A DNA stretch of 64,000 bases from Nitriliruptoraceae bacterium (GTDB lineage: Bacteria; Actinomycetota; Nitriliruptoria; Nitriliruptorales; Nitriliruptoraceae), in the NCBI GenBank assembly GCA_041685505.1, contig JAWLFQ010000003.1:1346-65345 (forward strand), written 5' to 3'. Shown here one piece after another: positions 56,258-64,000 of the stretch; the first letter of the stretch is position 1; each line of letters begins with the position of its first letter. Made by a program: the position numbers and the translations under genes. The notes beneath the pieces were generated by a model, which ran no database searches, was not told the DNA's origin, and saw only the letters and a program-made list of their open reading frames with translations.

Positions 56258-56354
56258 CCGCGCTGTTGTGGTCAGCGCGGGTTGTGACCGTTCCCGTCGC
56301 GCTCGACGGGGTCGGCAGGTGGATGGCGCTCGCGACGCCGCCGTCGGCGTCGCG
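56258..56354 (-). promoter_or_regulatory. structured ftsZ 5' leader: three perfect stem-loops
   Basis: 56258-56280: CCGCGCTG-7 nt-CAGCGCGG. 56293-56310: CCCGTCG-4 nt-CGACGGG. 56331-56354: CGCGACGCCG-4 nt-CGGCGTCGCG. All lie between the AT-rich promoter-like island and the ftsZ SD. Confidence 0.45.
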
Positions 56355-56373
56355 CCTCGACCTGAGGTAGAGG

Positions 56374-56420
56374 TTTATAGTTATGTCAACCTCCGGTGGA
56401 CAGTATCCCTCCCACGGCAG
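56374..56420 (-). promoter_or_regulatory. promoter-like AT-rich island(s) upstream of ftsZ
   Basis: The minus strand reads TTGACC-16 nt-GATACT (about 56430-56403) and TTGACATAACTATAAA (56389-56374). This is the most AT-rich stretch in the window. ftsQ-ftsZ intergenic promoters are well known in actinobacteria. Confidence 0.35.
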
Positions 56421-56468
56421 GAGGGTCAAGCAGGCACCACCGCCGGGCGTGCCCCGGCCGTGGCAGGG

Positions 56469-57233
56469 TCAGGGACCGATCACCACCGGGGCCGTCGGCG
56501 CCCGCACGTCGATGGTCGCGATGGGGGTGTCATCGATGTCCTCGAGGATCGCGCCGAGCGCACGGACCTTCTCGTCCACGCGCTCCGCGCGCCCGAAGCG
56601 CACGTCGATGCCCGTGCGCAGCTCCAGGGTGAGCTCGGAGGGTCCGGCGGCCCGGTAGCGCACCACCTGCGCGCGCAAGGGCCCCGACAACCCTCGCCAC
56701 GTCGCGTGCGCGTTGGCCAACGCCGGCGCATCGCCCACCCGCCCCCCCACCGGCGGCGGGGTCGTCCCCAACACGATCTCGGGACCGGCGTGGGCCTCGC
56801 GCTGCGCAGCCGACGCCTCGTCGATGACCACACCCTCCCGATCGAGGAAGCGGGCCACCTCCTCCCCGCGGACGAGCAGCGCGGGGCGGCGCTCGACCAC
56901 CTCGAAGTGGACGGTCAGCGGGTCGGTCCGTCGCCCCTCGGCCCGCTGCACGAGCGGCAGGGCCTCCACCCGGGCCGTCGCCTCCCGGAGCCCGAGTCGC
57001 AGTGTGGAGGTCCCGAGCTCGAGGTCGGCGGCCGCACGGACCTCATCGGGATCGAGCCGCTCGACCCCGCCGACGGTCACCTCCTCCAGCCCGACCAGCG
57101 CACTGCGCTCGATCGCGACCAGGCCTCCCACCAGGGCCAGCAGCACCAGGACCCACAGGGTGCGGCGCAACCGACCCCGCCGTCGGTCGTCGCGCACGGC
57201 CGCACGACGCTCGGCGATCCGTTCGTCGATCAC
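56469..57233 (-). CDS. ftsQ: cell division protein FtsQ (POTRA + FtsQ domain)
   Basis: 254 aa from the GTG at 57233, which overlaps the murB stop. Basic N-terminus, a single TM helix (LWVLVLLALVGGLVAI) and a POTRA-like region (V.V.G..RL....V). Confidence 0.85.
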   Translation of the reverse strand: MIDERIAERRAAVRDDRRRGRLRRTLWVLVLLALVGGLVAIERSALVGLEEVTVGGVERLDPDEVRAAADLELGTSTLRLGLREATARVEALPLVQRAEGRRTDPLTVHFEVVERRPALLVRGEEVARFLDREGVVIDEASAAQREAHAGPEIVLGTTPPPVGGRVGDAPALANAHATWRGLSGPLRAQVVRYRAAGPSELTLELRTGIDVRFGRAERVDEKVRALGAILEDIDDTPIATIDVRAPTAPVVIGP

Positions 57234-58180
57234 GGACCGGCCACTCCCGCGGCCAGCCGCTGCTGGTCCACCTCGACCGTGCCCAGTCGACGGACCTCCG
57301 GGCGCAGCTGGACGCCGTGGATGCGCTCGACCGCAGCGATGACCAGGGCGATCAGCGTCGCGACATCGGTGGCCGTGGCGCCCGGTCGGGTCACGATGAA
57401 GTTGGCATGCCGGGTGGACACCTCGGCACCGCCCACGGTCAGACCCTTGCACCCTGCGGCGTCGATCAGGCGGCCGGCGCTGTCACCGGGTGGGTTGGTG
57501 AACACCGATCCGCAGTTCGGTTCGTTGAGTGGCTGGTGTGTGCGCCGCCAGGCACGGATGCTGGCGATCTCGGCGCGGACCTCGGCCGGTACCGCGGTTG
57601 CCAGCTGCAGGCTCGCCGCCACGACCACCGCGTCCTCCGGCAGTTCGCTGTGGCGGTAGGTGAGCCCCAGCGCCGCCGGCGGCCACTGCTCCCGTGTGGC
57701 GCTCGACAGCCGGAAGACCTCCACCTCGGTGAGGTGGGACGCCATGTCGGCGCCGTGGGCGCCGGCGTTCATCCGGACCGCGCCACCCAGGGTCCCCGGG
57801 ACGGCGCAGGCCCAGGCGAACCCGCCATAGCCGGCATCGGCCAGGCGCACGGCCAGCGCGGGCAGCGGCTCGGCCGCGCCGGCCGTGATGCGGTCACCGG
57901 CCATCTCCAGGCCGCGGTAACCGCGGCCCAGCACCACCGCCACACCCGGCCAACCGGCATCGGCGACCAGCAGGTTCGAGCCGCGACCGATGACCGCCCA
58001 GGGCAGGTCGTGGTCGCGACACGCCGTGGCGACGGCCGCCAGATCACGGTCCTGCTCGGCGGTCACCAGGACGCGGGCGGGCCCGCCGACACGCAGCGTG
58101 GTCAGTGGCGCGAGGCTGGCACCGGCGAGCACACGTCCCACGCACCGCTGGACCAGCTCGTCATGGACCGGATCGCTCAC
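57230..58180 (-). CDS. murB: UDP-N-acetylenolpyruvoylglucosamine reductase
   Basis: 316 aa from the GTG at 58180, with the FAD-binding pattern LAPLTTLRVGGPA, GRGSNLLV, GTLGGAVRMNAGAHG and CGSVFTNP. Confidence 0.9.
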   Translation of the reverse strand: MSDPVHDELVQRCVGRVLAGASLAPLTTLRVGGPARVLVTAEQDRDLAAVATACRDHDLPWAVIGRGSNLLVADAGWPGVAVVLGRGYRGLEMAGDRITAGAAEPLPALAVRLADAGYGGFAWACAVPGTLGGAVRMNAGAHGADMASHLTEVEVFRLSSATREQWPPAALGLTYRHSELPEDAVVVAASLQLATAVPAEVRAEIASIRAWRRTHQPLNEPNCGSVFTNPPGDSAGRLIDAAGCKGLTVGGAEVSTRHANFIVTRPGATATDVATLIALVIAAVERIHGVQLRPEVRRLGTVEVDQQRLAAGVAGP

Positions 58181-59544
58181 CCTCGGGCCCCCAGCCGCTC
58201 GAGCAGCGCCGGTCCTGCGGAGGTGACGTCGCCCGCACCCGTGGTCAGGACGAGATCGCCCGGGCGAACGGTCGCGGCGAGCTCCTCGACGGCGTCGCGC
58301 AGCGTGGCCCGGTAGACCACGGTCGCGCCCGCCTCCGCGGCAGCGTCGGCGACCAGCTTGCCCGTCACGCCGGGGACGGGCGGCTCGGCCGAGCCGTAGA
58401 CATCGGTCACCACCACCACGTCGGCCGCCGCGGCCGCCCGGCCGAGCTCCGCACCGAGGATGCGTGTCCGTGAGTAGCGGTGCGGCTGCACCAGCAGCAC
58501 GATCCGGCCGGGCTGTTCGCCGCGGGCAGCTGCCAGGGTGGCCCGCAACTCCGTGGGATGGTGGGCGTAGTCGTCGACCACCTCCACCCCACCGACCACA
58601 CCCAGCCGCTGGTAGCGCCGGACGGCGCCGCTGAACCGGGTCAGCCCCCGGGCGGCGGCGGCCACGTCCACGCCGAGCTGGTGGCACACCGCCAGTGCGG
58701 CCGCGGCGTTGCGCAGGTTGTGCTGCCCGGGGACGCCGAGCTCGAGCGGGGCGACCACCTCGCCATCGATCCGCAGCTGGTGACCGCCCTGATCGCTGAC
58801 CACGCGCACCTGGGCGCGCGGATCGGTGCCGTAGGTGACCACTGGCGGGTCGGCGTGGGTGGCGAGCCAGGCCGCGCCGGGGTCGTCGATGCACACCACC
58901 GCGGGGGCAGCCGGTGCGCGCCGGTCGAGGAACCCGAGGAAGGCCTGTCGCACCGCATCGAGGTCGGCGAACTCGTCGGGATGGTCGTGCTCGAGGTTGG
59001 TCACGACCGCGACATCGGGCCGGTACACCAGGAAGGAGCGGTCCGACTCGTCGGCCTCGGCGACGAACACGCCATCGGTACCGGCATGGGCGTTGGTGCC
59101 GCTCTCGTTCAACGAGCCGCCGATCGCGAAGCTCGGATCGCCGCCGGCAGCCTGCAGGCCGACCACGGCCATCGAGGTCACCGTGGTCTTGCCGTGGGTG
59201 CCGGCGATGAGCACGGCCCGGTCGTCACGCATCAGCTCGGCGAGGAGCTCCGCACGCCGCAGCAGCTTGCGGCCCTGTTCCCGTGCCGCGAGCAGCTCGG
59301 GGTTGTCGGCCGGCACCGCCGAGGAGGTCACCACGAGCTGCGCATCCCCGACGTTGTCGCCGTGATGCCCCACGAAGATCCCCGCGCCGAGCACCCGCAG
59401 CTCCTCGAGGGTCCGGCCATCCCGCAGGTCGGAACCGGTGACACGGTGACCGCGGCTGAGCAGGATGCGCGCCAACCCGGACATCCCGGCACCGCCGATG
59501 CCGACCAGGTGGATACCACCGTCGTTCCCGAGTCGCGGCATCAT
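58177..59544 (-). CDS. murC: UDP-N-acetylmuramate--L-alanine ligase
   Basis: 455 aa from the ATG at 59544 (MMPRLGNDGGIHLVGIGGAGMSGLA), with GTHGKTTVTSM and DDYAHHP. Confidence 0.93.
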   Translation of the reverse strand: MMPRLGNDGGIHLVGIGGAGMSGLARILLSRGHRVTGSDLRDGRTLEELRVLGAGIFVGHHGDNVGDAQLVVTSSAVPADNPELLAAREQGRKLLRRAELLAELMRDDRAVLIAGTHGKTTVTSMAVVGLQAAGGDPSFAIGGSLNESGTNAHAGTDGVFVAEADESDRSFLVYRPDVAVVTNLEHDHPDEFADLDAVRQAFLGFLDRRAPAAPAVVCIDDPGAAWLATHADPPVVTYGTDPRAQVRVVSDQGGHQLRIDGEVVAPLELGVPGQHNLRNAAAALAVCHQLGVDVAAAARGLTRFSGAVRRYQRLGVVGGVEVVDDYAHHPTELRATLAAARGEQPGRIVLLVQPHRYSRTRILGAELGRAAAAADVVVVTDVYGSAEPPVPGVTGKLVADAAAEAGATVVYRATLRDAVEELAATVRPGDLVLTTGAGDVTSAGPALLERLGARG

Positions 59545-60677
59545 GACGAGCCCTCCTCGCTGAGCGCGAGCACGATCCGTGCCACCGCCTGCGCGGCATC
59601 CGGACGCCCGAAGGCGCGCGCACCACGGGCCATCGTGGCGTAGCGCTCCGGGTCGTCCAGCAGGGGCCCGATCGCCTCGACCAGCGCATCGCCGGTCAGG
59701 TCCTCGTCGTCGATGACCACCGCTCCCCCGGCACGTGCCAGCGCGTGGGCGTTCTCGCGCTGATGGTCGGCCGTGGCGTGGGGGTAGGGCACCAGCACCG
59801 AGGGGATCCCGAGCACCGTCAGCTCGGCGATCGAGGTGGCACCGGCACGGCAGACCACCACGTCCGCCGCGGCGTAGGCCGCTGCCATGTCGTCGATGAA
59901 CTCGACCAGCCGGGCCGGGGGGCCCTCGGGGTGCTCGGCGCGGGCCTGTTCCCAGCCGCGGGTCGCGGCGGTGTAGCCGGCACCGCCAGCCGCATGCAGC
60001 AGCTGCACCTGACGCCCGTGCCACCGGCCGTGCGCCTCGACCAGGGCGCGGTTGATGCTGCGCGCACCCTGGCTGCCACCGAACACCAGGACGGTGGGCA
60101 GTTCGGGATCGAGCCCGAACTGCGCACGGGCCGCACGGCGCCGTGCCGACCGATCGAGCTCGAGGACGTCGCGCCGGACGGGGTTGCCCGTGACCACGCA
60201 CCGCTCCTCGCGGCTGAAGCGGGCCGCGGAACCGGGGAAGGTCAGCGCGATGCGGTCGGACCAGCGCGCTGCCACGCGGTTGGTGAGGCCGGGGACGCTG
60301 TTCTGCTCGTGGATCACCAGGGGCAGCTGCTCACGGAAGGCCGCACGATCCAGCGGGAAGGACACGTAGCCGCCGAAGGTGATCGCAGCGGCGGCCCGTC
60401 GTTCGACGATCAGCGCACGGCAGGCCCGCACCCCGGCCCTGAGCGCGCCGGGGACCTTCAGCAGGCGTGGGGAGGGTCGACGCGGGATCGACACCGCGTC
60501 GATGGTGACCAGCTCGAACCCCGCCTCGGGGACCAGGCGGGCCTCCAGGCGGTCCGCAACGCCCACGAACACCACCTCGAGGTCCGGATCCGCGGCACGC
60601 AGCGCGCGACCGACCGCCAGCGCCGGGAACACGTGCCCAGCCGTGCCCCCACCGGCGATCAGGATGGTGCGGCTCAC
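59541..60677 (-). CDS. murG: undecaprenyldiphospho-muramoylpentapeptide beta-N-acetylglucosaminyltransferase
   Basis: 378 aa from the GTG at 60677, with GGGTAGHVFPALAV, GGSQGA and CRAGATSIAEL...P.....HQ..NA. Confidence 0.92.
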   Translation of the reverse strand: MSRTILIAGGGTAGHVFPALAVGRALRAADPDLEVVFVGVADRLEARLVPEAGFELVTIDAVSIPRRPSPRLLKVPGALRAGVRACRALIVERRAAAAITFGGYVSFPLDRAAFREQLPLVIHEQNSVPGLTNRVAARWSDRIALTFPGSAARFSREERCVVTGNPVRRDVLELDRSARRRAARAQFGLDPELPTVLVFGGSQGARSINRALVEAHGRWHGRQVQLLHAAGGAGYTAATRGWEQARAEHPEGPPARLVEFIDDMAAAYAAADVVVCRAGATSIAELTVLGIPSVLVPYPHATADHQRENAHALARAGGAVVIDDEDLTGDALVEAIGPLLDDPERYATMARGARAFGRPDAAQAVARIVLALSEEGSS

Positions 60678-61894
60678 CGGGGACCTCCCGCTCGTAGGGG
60701 ACCGGCGGCAGGCTCGTCGCGCCGGGCGATGGCGACCAGGATGCCCAGTGCCAGCAGGGTCGACACCAGCGAGGACCCACCAACGGACACCAACGGCAGG
60801 GTGACCCCGGTGATGGGCAGCAGTCCGGTGACCGTACCGATGTTGACCAGTGCCTGGCCGACGATCCACACCGTGGTGGCCAGCGCCACGGTACGACCGA
60901 ATCCGTCGCTGGCGGCGTAGGCCACCTTCAGCCCGACGTAGAGCAGGGCGGTGAACAGCGCGATCACGCCGAGGGCACCGACCAGGCCGAGCTCCTCACC
61001 GATCACCGCGAAGATGAAGTCGGTATCGGCGTTGGGGATGAAGTGCCACTTGCCGCGTGAGGAACCGAGCCCGACGCCGAAGGTCCCGCCGGAGCCCAGG
61101 GCGTAGCGCGACTGCAGGAGCTGGAACCCCTCCTCGAGGGGGAAGCGCTCCGGCCACAGCCAGCCGCGGATCCGGGCGACGCGGTAGGGCCGGATCACCG
61201 CGAGGACGGCCACTGCCACACCACCGAGCACCAGTGCCGCGGCGACGATGCGCGCCGGCAGGCCCTCGACCCACAGCACCGCCGCCACGATCAGCGCCAG
61301 CAGGATCGTGGTGCCGAGATCGGGTTGCGCCAGCACCAGCACCGACAGCAGCACCAGCAGGGGCAGCGCGGGCACCAGCAGGTGCTCCACCGAGTGGGGG
61401 GAGCCGTCCCGGGGGCGTTTGCGGTGCAGCACGTCGGCGAGCCACAGCAAGGTCGCGAGCTTGGCCAGCTCCGAGGGCTGGATCGACAGGGGACCGATCC
61501 CGATCCAGCGGGTCGAGCCGTAACGCGCCTCCCCCACGCCGGGCACGAGCAGCAGGAGCAACCCCACCACCGCGACGACCACCAGCGGCCAGGAGAGTCC
61601 CCGCCAGATGCGGTGGTCGAGGCGCGCGGCGACGACGAAGGCGACCAGGCCGATCGCCGCCCAGCCCGCCTGGCGCCGGAACACCGCGAAGGGATCCCCG
61701 GCCTCCGCAGCGGGGACGAAGGAGGCCGAGAAGCTCATGACCAGGCCGAGCAGGACCAGCACCAGGGTCAGCAGGGTCAGTGCCGTGGCGTCGGCGCTCC
61801 AGGGGCCCGGCTGCCACCGTCGGCGCAGCCGGGCCCACCGGCCCGCGACGACGCCGTCGTCAGCGGCACGGCGTGCGGCGTGGTCGATGCTCAT
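60674..61894 (-). CDS. ftsW: FtsW (SEDS-family peptidoglycan polymerase / lipid II-related)
   Basis: 406 aa, polytopic, with RWIGIGPLSIQPSELAK, PDLGT, HFIPNADTDFIFAVIGEELG and P.TGVTLPLVS.GGSS. Confidence 0.92.
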   Translation of the reverse strand: MSIDHAARRAADDGVVAGRWARLRRRWQPGPWSADATALTLLTLVLVLLGLVMSFSASFVPAAEAGDPFAVFRRQAGWAAIGLVAFVVAARLDHRIWRGLSWPLVVVAVVGLLLLLVPGVGEARYGSTRWIGIGPLSIQPSELAKLATLLWLADVLHRKRPRDGSPHSVEHLLVPALPLLVLLSVLVLAQPDLGTTILLALIVAAVLWVEGLPARIVAAALVLGGVAVAVLAVIRPYRVARIRGWLWPERFPLEEGFQLLQSRYALGSGGTFGVGLGSSRGKWHFIPNADTDFIFAVIGEELGLVGALGVIALFTALLYVGLKVAYAASDGFGRTVALATTVWIVGQALVNIGTVTGLLPITGVTLPLVSVGGSSLVSTLLALGILVAIARRDEPAAGPLRAGGPR

Positions 61895-63303
61895 CTCCCC
61901 ACCTCCATGGTGGTCGCGACCCGGCGTGCGGCGGTGGTGAAGACCTCCCCGCGGTGGGCGTAGCCGGTGAACAGGTCGAAGGAGGCGCAGGCCGGTGCCA
62001 GCAGGATCGTGTCACCGGCGACCGCGAGCCGGGCAGCCACCTCCACCGCCGTCGCCAGGTCCTCGACGTGGTGGACACCGACACCGGCCTGTCGACACAC
62101 CGCAGCCAGATCGGCGGCGGCCGCACCGAGCAGCACCGCGTCGCGCACCTGGTCGAGTCCCCCGGCCAGGGGCCCGAGGTCCGCCCCCTTGGCGAGCCCA
62201 CCTGCGATCCACACCGTCGGGCCGGCGGTCCTGAGGCTCGCCAGCGCAGCGTGGACGTTGGTGGCCTTGGAGTCGTTGACGTAGCGCACCCCACGGGCGT
62301 CCTCGGCCACGACCTCGAAGCGGTGCGGCCCTGGACGGTGGTCGGTGGCCGCGCGGGCGATGGCGGTCGACGGCACGCCGGTCAGCAGCGCGGCGGTGGC
62401 CGCCGCCGCGACGTTGGCCGTGCGGTGGAGCGGGACCCCGCCCCCGTCGGGGGCCAGGGCCGCGACCTCGAGCAACTCCTCCTCACGCCCGTCGAGGTGG
62501 GCGATCAACACACCCTGGCCCGCACCGGCACGCCACCCCACCCCGAGCGCCACCTCGCCGGTGGCGCTGAACGCAGCGGGCCGTCCGCGCCCGGCGGCGT
62601 CCCGCAGCGCGACCGTCACGGGGTCGTCCTGGCCGGCGACGGCCCAGTCCTCGGGCTGCTGGGCCGCGAAGATGCGGGCCTTGGCCGCGTGGTAGCTCGC
62701 GCGGTCGACGTGCCAGTCGAGGTGGTCGTCGGCGAGGTTGAGCAGCACCGCCACCTCGGGGCGCAGTCGGGTGGCGAAGCGCAGCTGGAAGCTGGACAGC
62801 TCGGCCACCAGGATCGCGTCGGGGGCGCTGGCCGCGGCCGCGGTGCTCACGGGCAGGCCGATGTTGCCGCAGGCGTGGACCGTGTGGCCCCCGGCGGCCA
62901 TCATCGCGGCGAGCAGTTCGGTGGTGGTGGTCTTGCCGTTGGTCCCGGTGACACCGAGCAGGCGGCGGGGGTGACGCCGCAGGGCGAGTTCCGGCTCCGA
63001 CCACACCGGGATCCCCGCCGCGTGCGCGCGTGCGAACACCGGGGCGGTCTCGGGGACCCCCGGCGAGGGCACCACCACCTCGATCGTGTCGTCGAGGAGG
63101 TCCACCGCCCGACGGCCGAGCACCACCTCCGCACCGAGCGCCCGGGCCATCCGATCGGCCTCACCGTGGTCGGCCGGGGCGCGCTCGTCGACCAGTACCA
63201 CGGCGACGCCCGCGGCGACCAGCAGCCGCACCGCGGCCAGCCCCGACCCGCCGGCGCCCACCACCAGGGCCCGGCTGACCGGTAGCGGCACGACATCCGT
63301 CAC
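61891..63303 (-). CDS. murD: UDP-N-acetylmuramoylalanine--D-glutamate ligase
   Basis: 470 aa from the GTG at 63303, with VVGAGGSGLA, GVTGTNGKTTTTEL, NDSKATN and ASFD.F..Y..RG..F. Confidence 0.92.
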   Translation of the reverse strand: MTDVVPLPVSRALVVGAGGSGLAAVRLLVAAGVAVVLVDERAPADHGEADRMARALGAEVVLGRRAVDLLDDTIEVVVPSPGVPETAPVFARAHAAGIPVWSEPELALRRHPRRLLGVTGTNGKTTTTELLAAMMAAGGHTVHACGNIGLPVSTAAAASAPDAILVAELSSFQLRFATRLRPEVAVLLNLADDHLDWHVDRASYHAAKARIFAAQQPEDWAVAGQDDPVTVALRDAAGRGRPAAFSATGEVALGVGWRAGAGQGVLIAHLDGREEELLEVAALAPDGGGVPLHRTANVAAAATAALLTGVPSTAIARAATDHRPGPHRFEVVAEDARGVRYVNDSKATNVHAALASLRTAGPTVWIAGGLAKGADLGPLAGGLDQVRDAVLLGAAAADLAAVCRQAGVGVHHVEDLATAVEVAARLAVAGDTILLAPACASFDLFTGYAHRGEVFTTAARRVATTMEVGR

Positions 63304-64000
63304 GGCAGCGTCCCGACGCGGCTGATCCACTCGGCGTAGAACACCCCGGTGCCCAGGGCCGTGCCGATGGCGGCCAGGATCCAGAAGCGCACGATGATCG
63401 TGGTCTCCTGCCAGCCGAGCAGTTCGAAGTGGTGGTGGATCGGCGCCATCCGGAAGACCCGCCTGCCGGAGGTCCGGAACACCGCGACCTGCAGGATCAC
63501 CGACAGCGTCTCGAGCACGAACAACCCGCCGAGCAGGACCAGCAGGAACTGGGTGCCCGTTGCCACGGCGACACCGGCGAGCAGCCCACCGAGCGCCAGC
63601 GAGCCCGTGTCCCCCATGAAGATGCGCGCCGGTGGCGCGTTGTGCCACAGGAACCCGGCACAGGCTGCGGTGACCGCCGCGGTGATGATGGCGATGTCGA
63701 GGGCCTCGTTGATCCCGAGGAAGGCGTAATCGCCGAAGTTGCGGAACTGCCAGAAGGCGATCAGCGTGAACGCACCGAACACCAGGGCCGCGGAACCGGC
63801 CGCCAACCCGTCGAGCCCGTCGGTGAGGTTGACGGCGTTCGACGCGCCCGTCAGCAGCAGGAACATCCACAGCACGAACACGGGGGTGGAGACCTCGAGC
63901 GCGATGTCGCCCACCACGGAGATGTTGCGGGGCAGCCCACCGAGCTGTGGTCCCAGGGTCGCGAAGCCGACGGCGATCAGCGCCTGCCCGATGAACTTCG
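63300..64000 (-). CDS. mraY: phospho-N-acetylmuramoyl-pentapeptide transferase, C-terminal part; gene continues past the window end
   Basis: NAVNLTDGLDGLA, MGDTGSLALGG and APIHHHFEL motifs. I translated 63918-63998 by hand (KFIGQALIAVGFATLGPQLGGLPRNIS) and found no stop, so the frame is open to the edge. Confidence 0.92.
   Translation of the reverse strand, partial: KFIGQALIAVGFATLGPQLGGLPRNISVVGDIALEVSTPVFVLWMFLLLTGASNAVNLTDGLDGLAAGSAALVFGAFTLIAFWQFRNFGDYAFLGINEALDIAIITAAVTAACAGFLWHNAPPARIFMGDTGSLALGGLLAGVAVATGTQFLLVLLGGLFVLETLSVILQVAVFRTSGRRVFRMAPIHHHFELLGWQETTIIVRFWILAAIGTALGTGVFYAEWISRVGTLP

Overview
Very high-G+C (by eye above 70%) Actinomycetota-type chromosomal core region. It is densely packed and about 85% of the genes are on the minus strand. 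I found no tRNA or rRNA genes, CRISPR arrays, IS elements, integrases or recognisable defence genes.

Gene order (minus strand unless noted):
- mpg' (partial), polX
- [32 protein letters not shown], i.e. the classical argCJBDFRGH operon
- S9 peptidase (+)
- arfB, pheT-pheS, a TrmH-family methyltransferase
- rplT-rpmI-infC, DUF1844
- hisE-hisG (+)
- a HelD-like helicase, then ribH-ribBA-ribE-ribD
- a REC-GGDEF response regulator
- rpe-rsmB-fmt-def, priA-metK-coaBC-rpoZ
- a plus-strand pair: a membrane protein of unknown function plus LemA
- gmk-mihF
- NT5C-like hydrolase and pyrE (+)
- dnaE
- SRPBCC protein (+)
- rluD-lspA-traR/dksA-like
- ileS with a T-box leader (+), followed by a small HExxH ORF (+)
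- the cell-division end of the dcw cluster: divIVA-yggT-sepF-yggS-pgeF-ftsZ-ftsQ-murB-murC-murG-ftsW-murD-mraY'

This synteny matches what is known for Mycobacterium and Streptomyces.

I do not see a convincing novel multi-gene system. The window is mostly housekeeping. The items most worth a second look are:
1. A complete translational Ile T-box upstream of ileS that can be folded by hand.
2. A REC-GGDEF regulator with a degenerate GGDDF motif, wedged into and translationally coupled with the rpe-rib gene string.
3. A HelD-like RNAP-associated helicase whose start overlaps the ribH stop and whose 3' end overlaps hisG convergently.
4. A plus-strand membrane-protein/LemA pair that splits the conserved gmk-rpoZ junction.
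5. A small HExxH ORF coupled to the ileS stop.
6. A highly structured ftsZ leader with three perfect hairpins.
7. infC with an ATC start and an 11-bp leader hairpin.
8. A phased TGCA operator-like element in the argC promoter.

The many 800-1350-aa ORFs in the supplied track that lie antisense to these genes are high-GC shadow ORFs. All family assignments come from motif recognition by eye; no searches were run.
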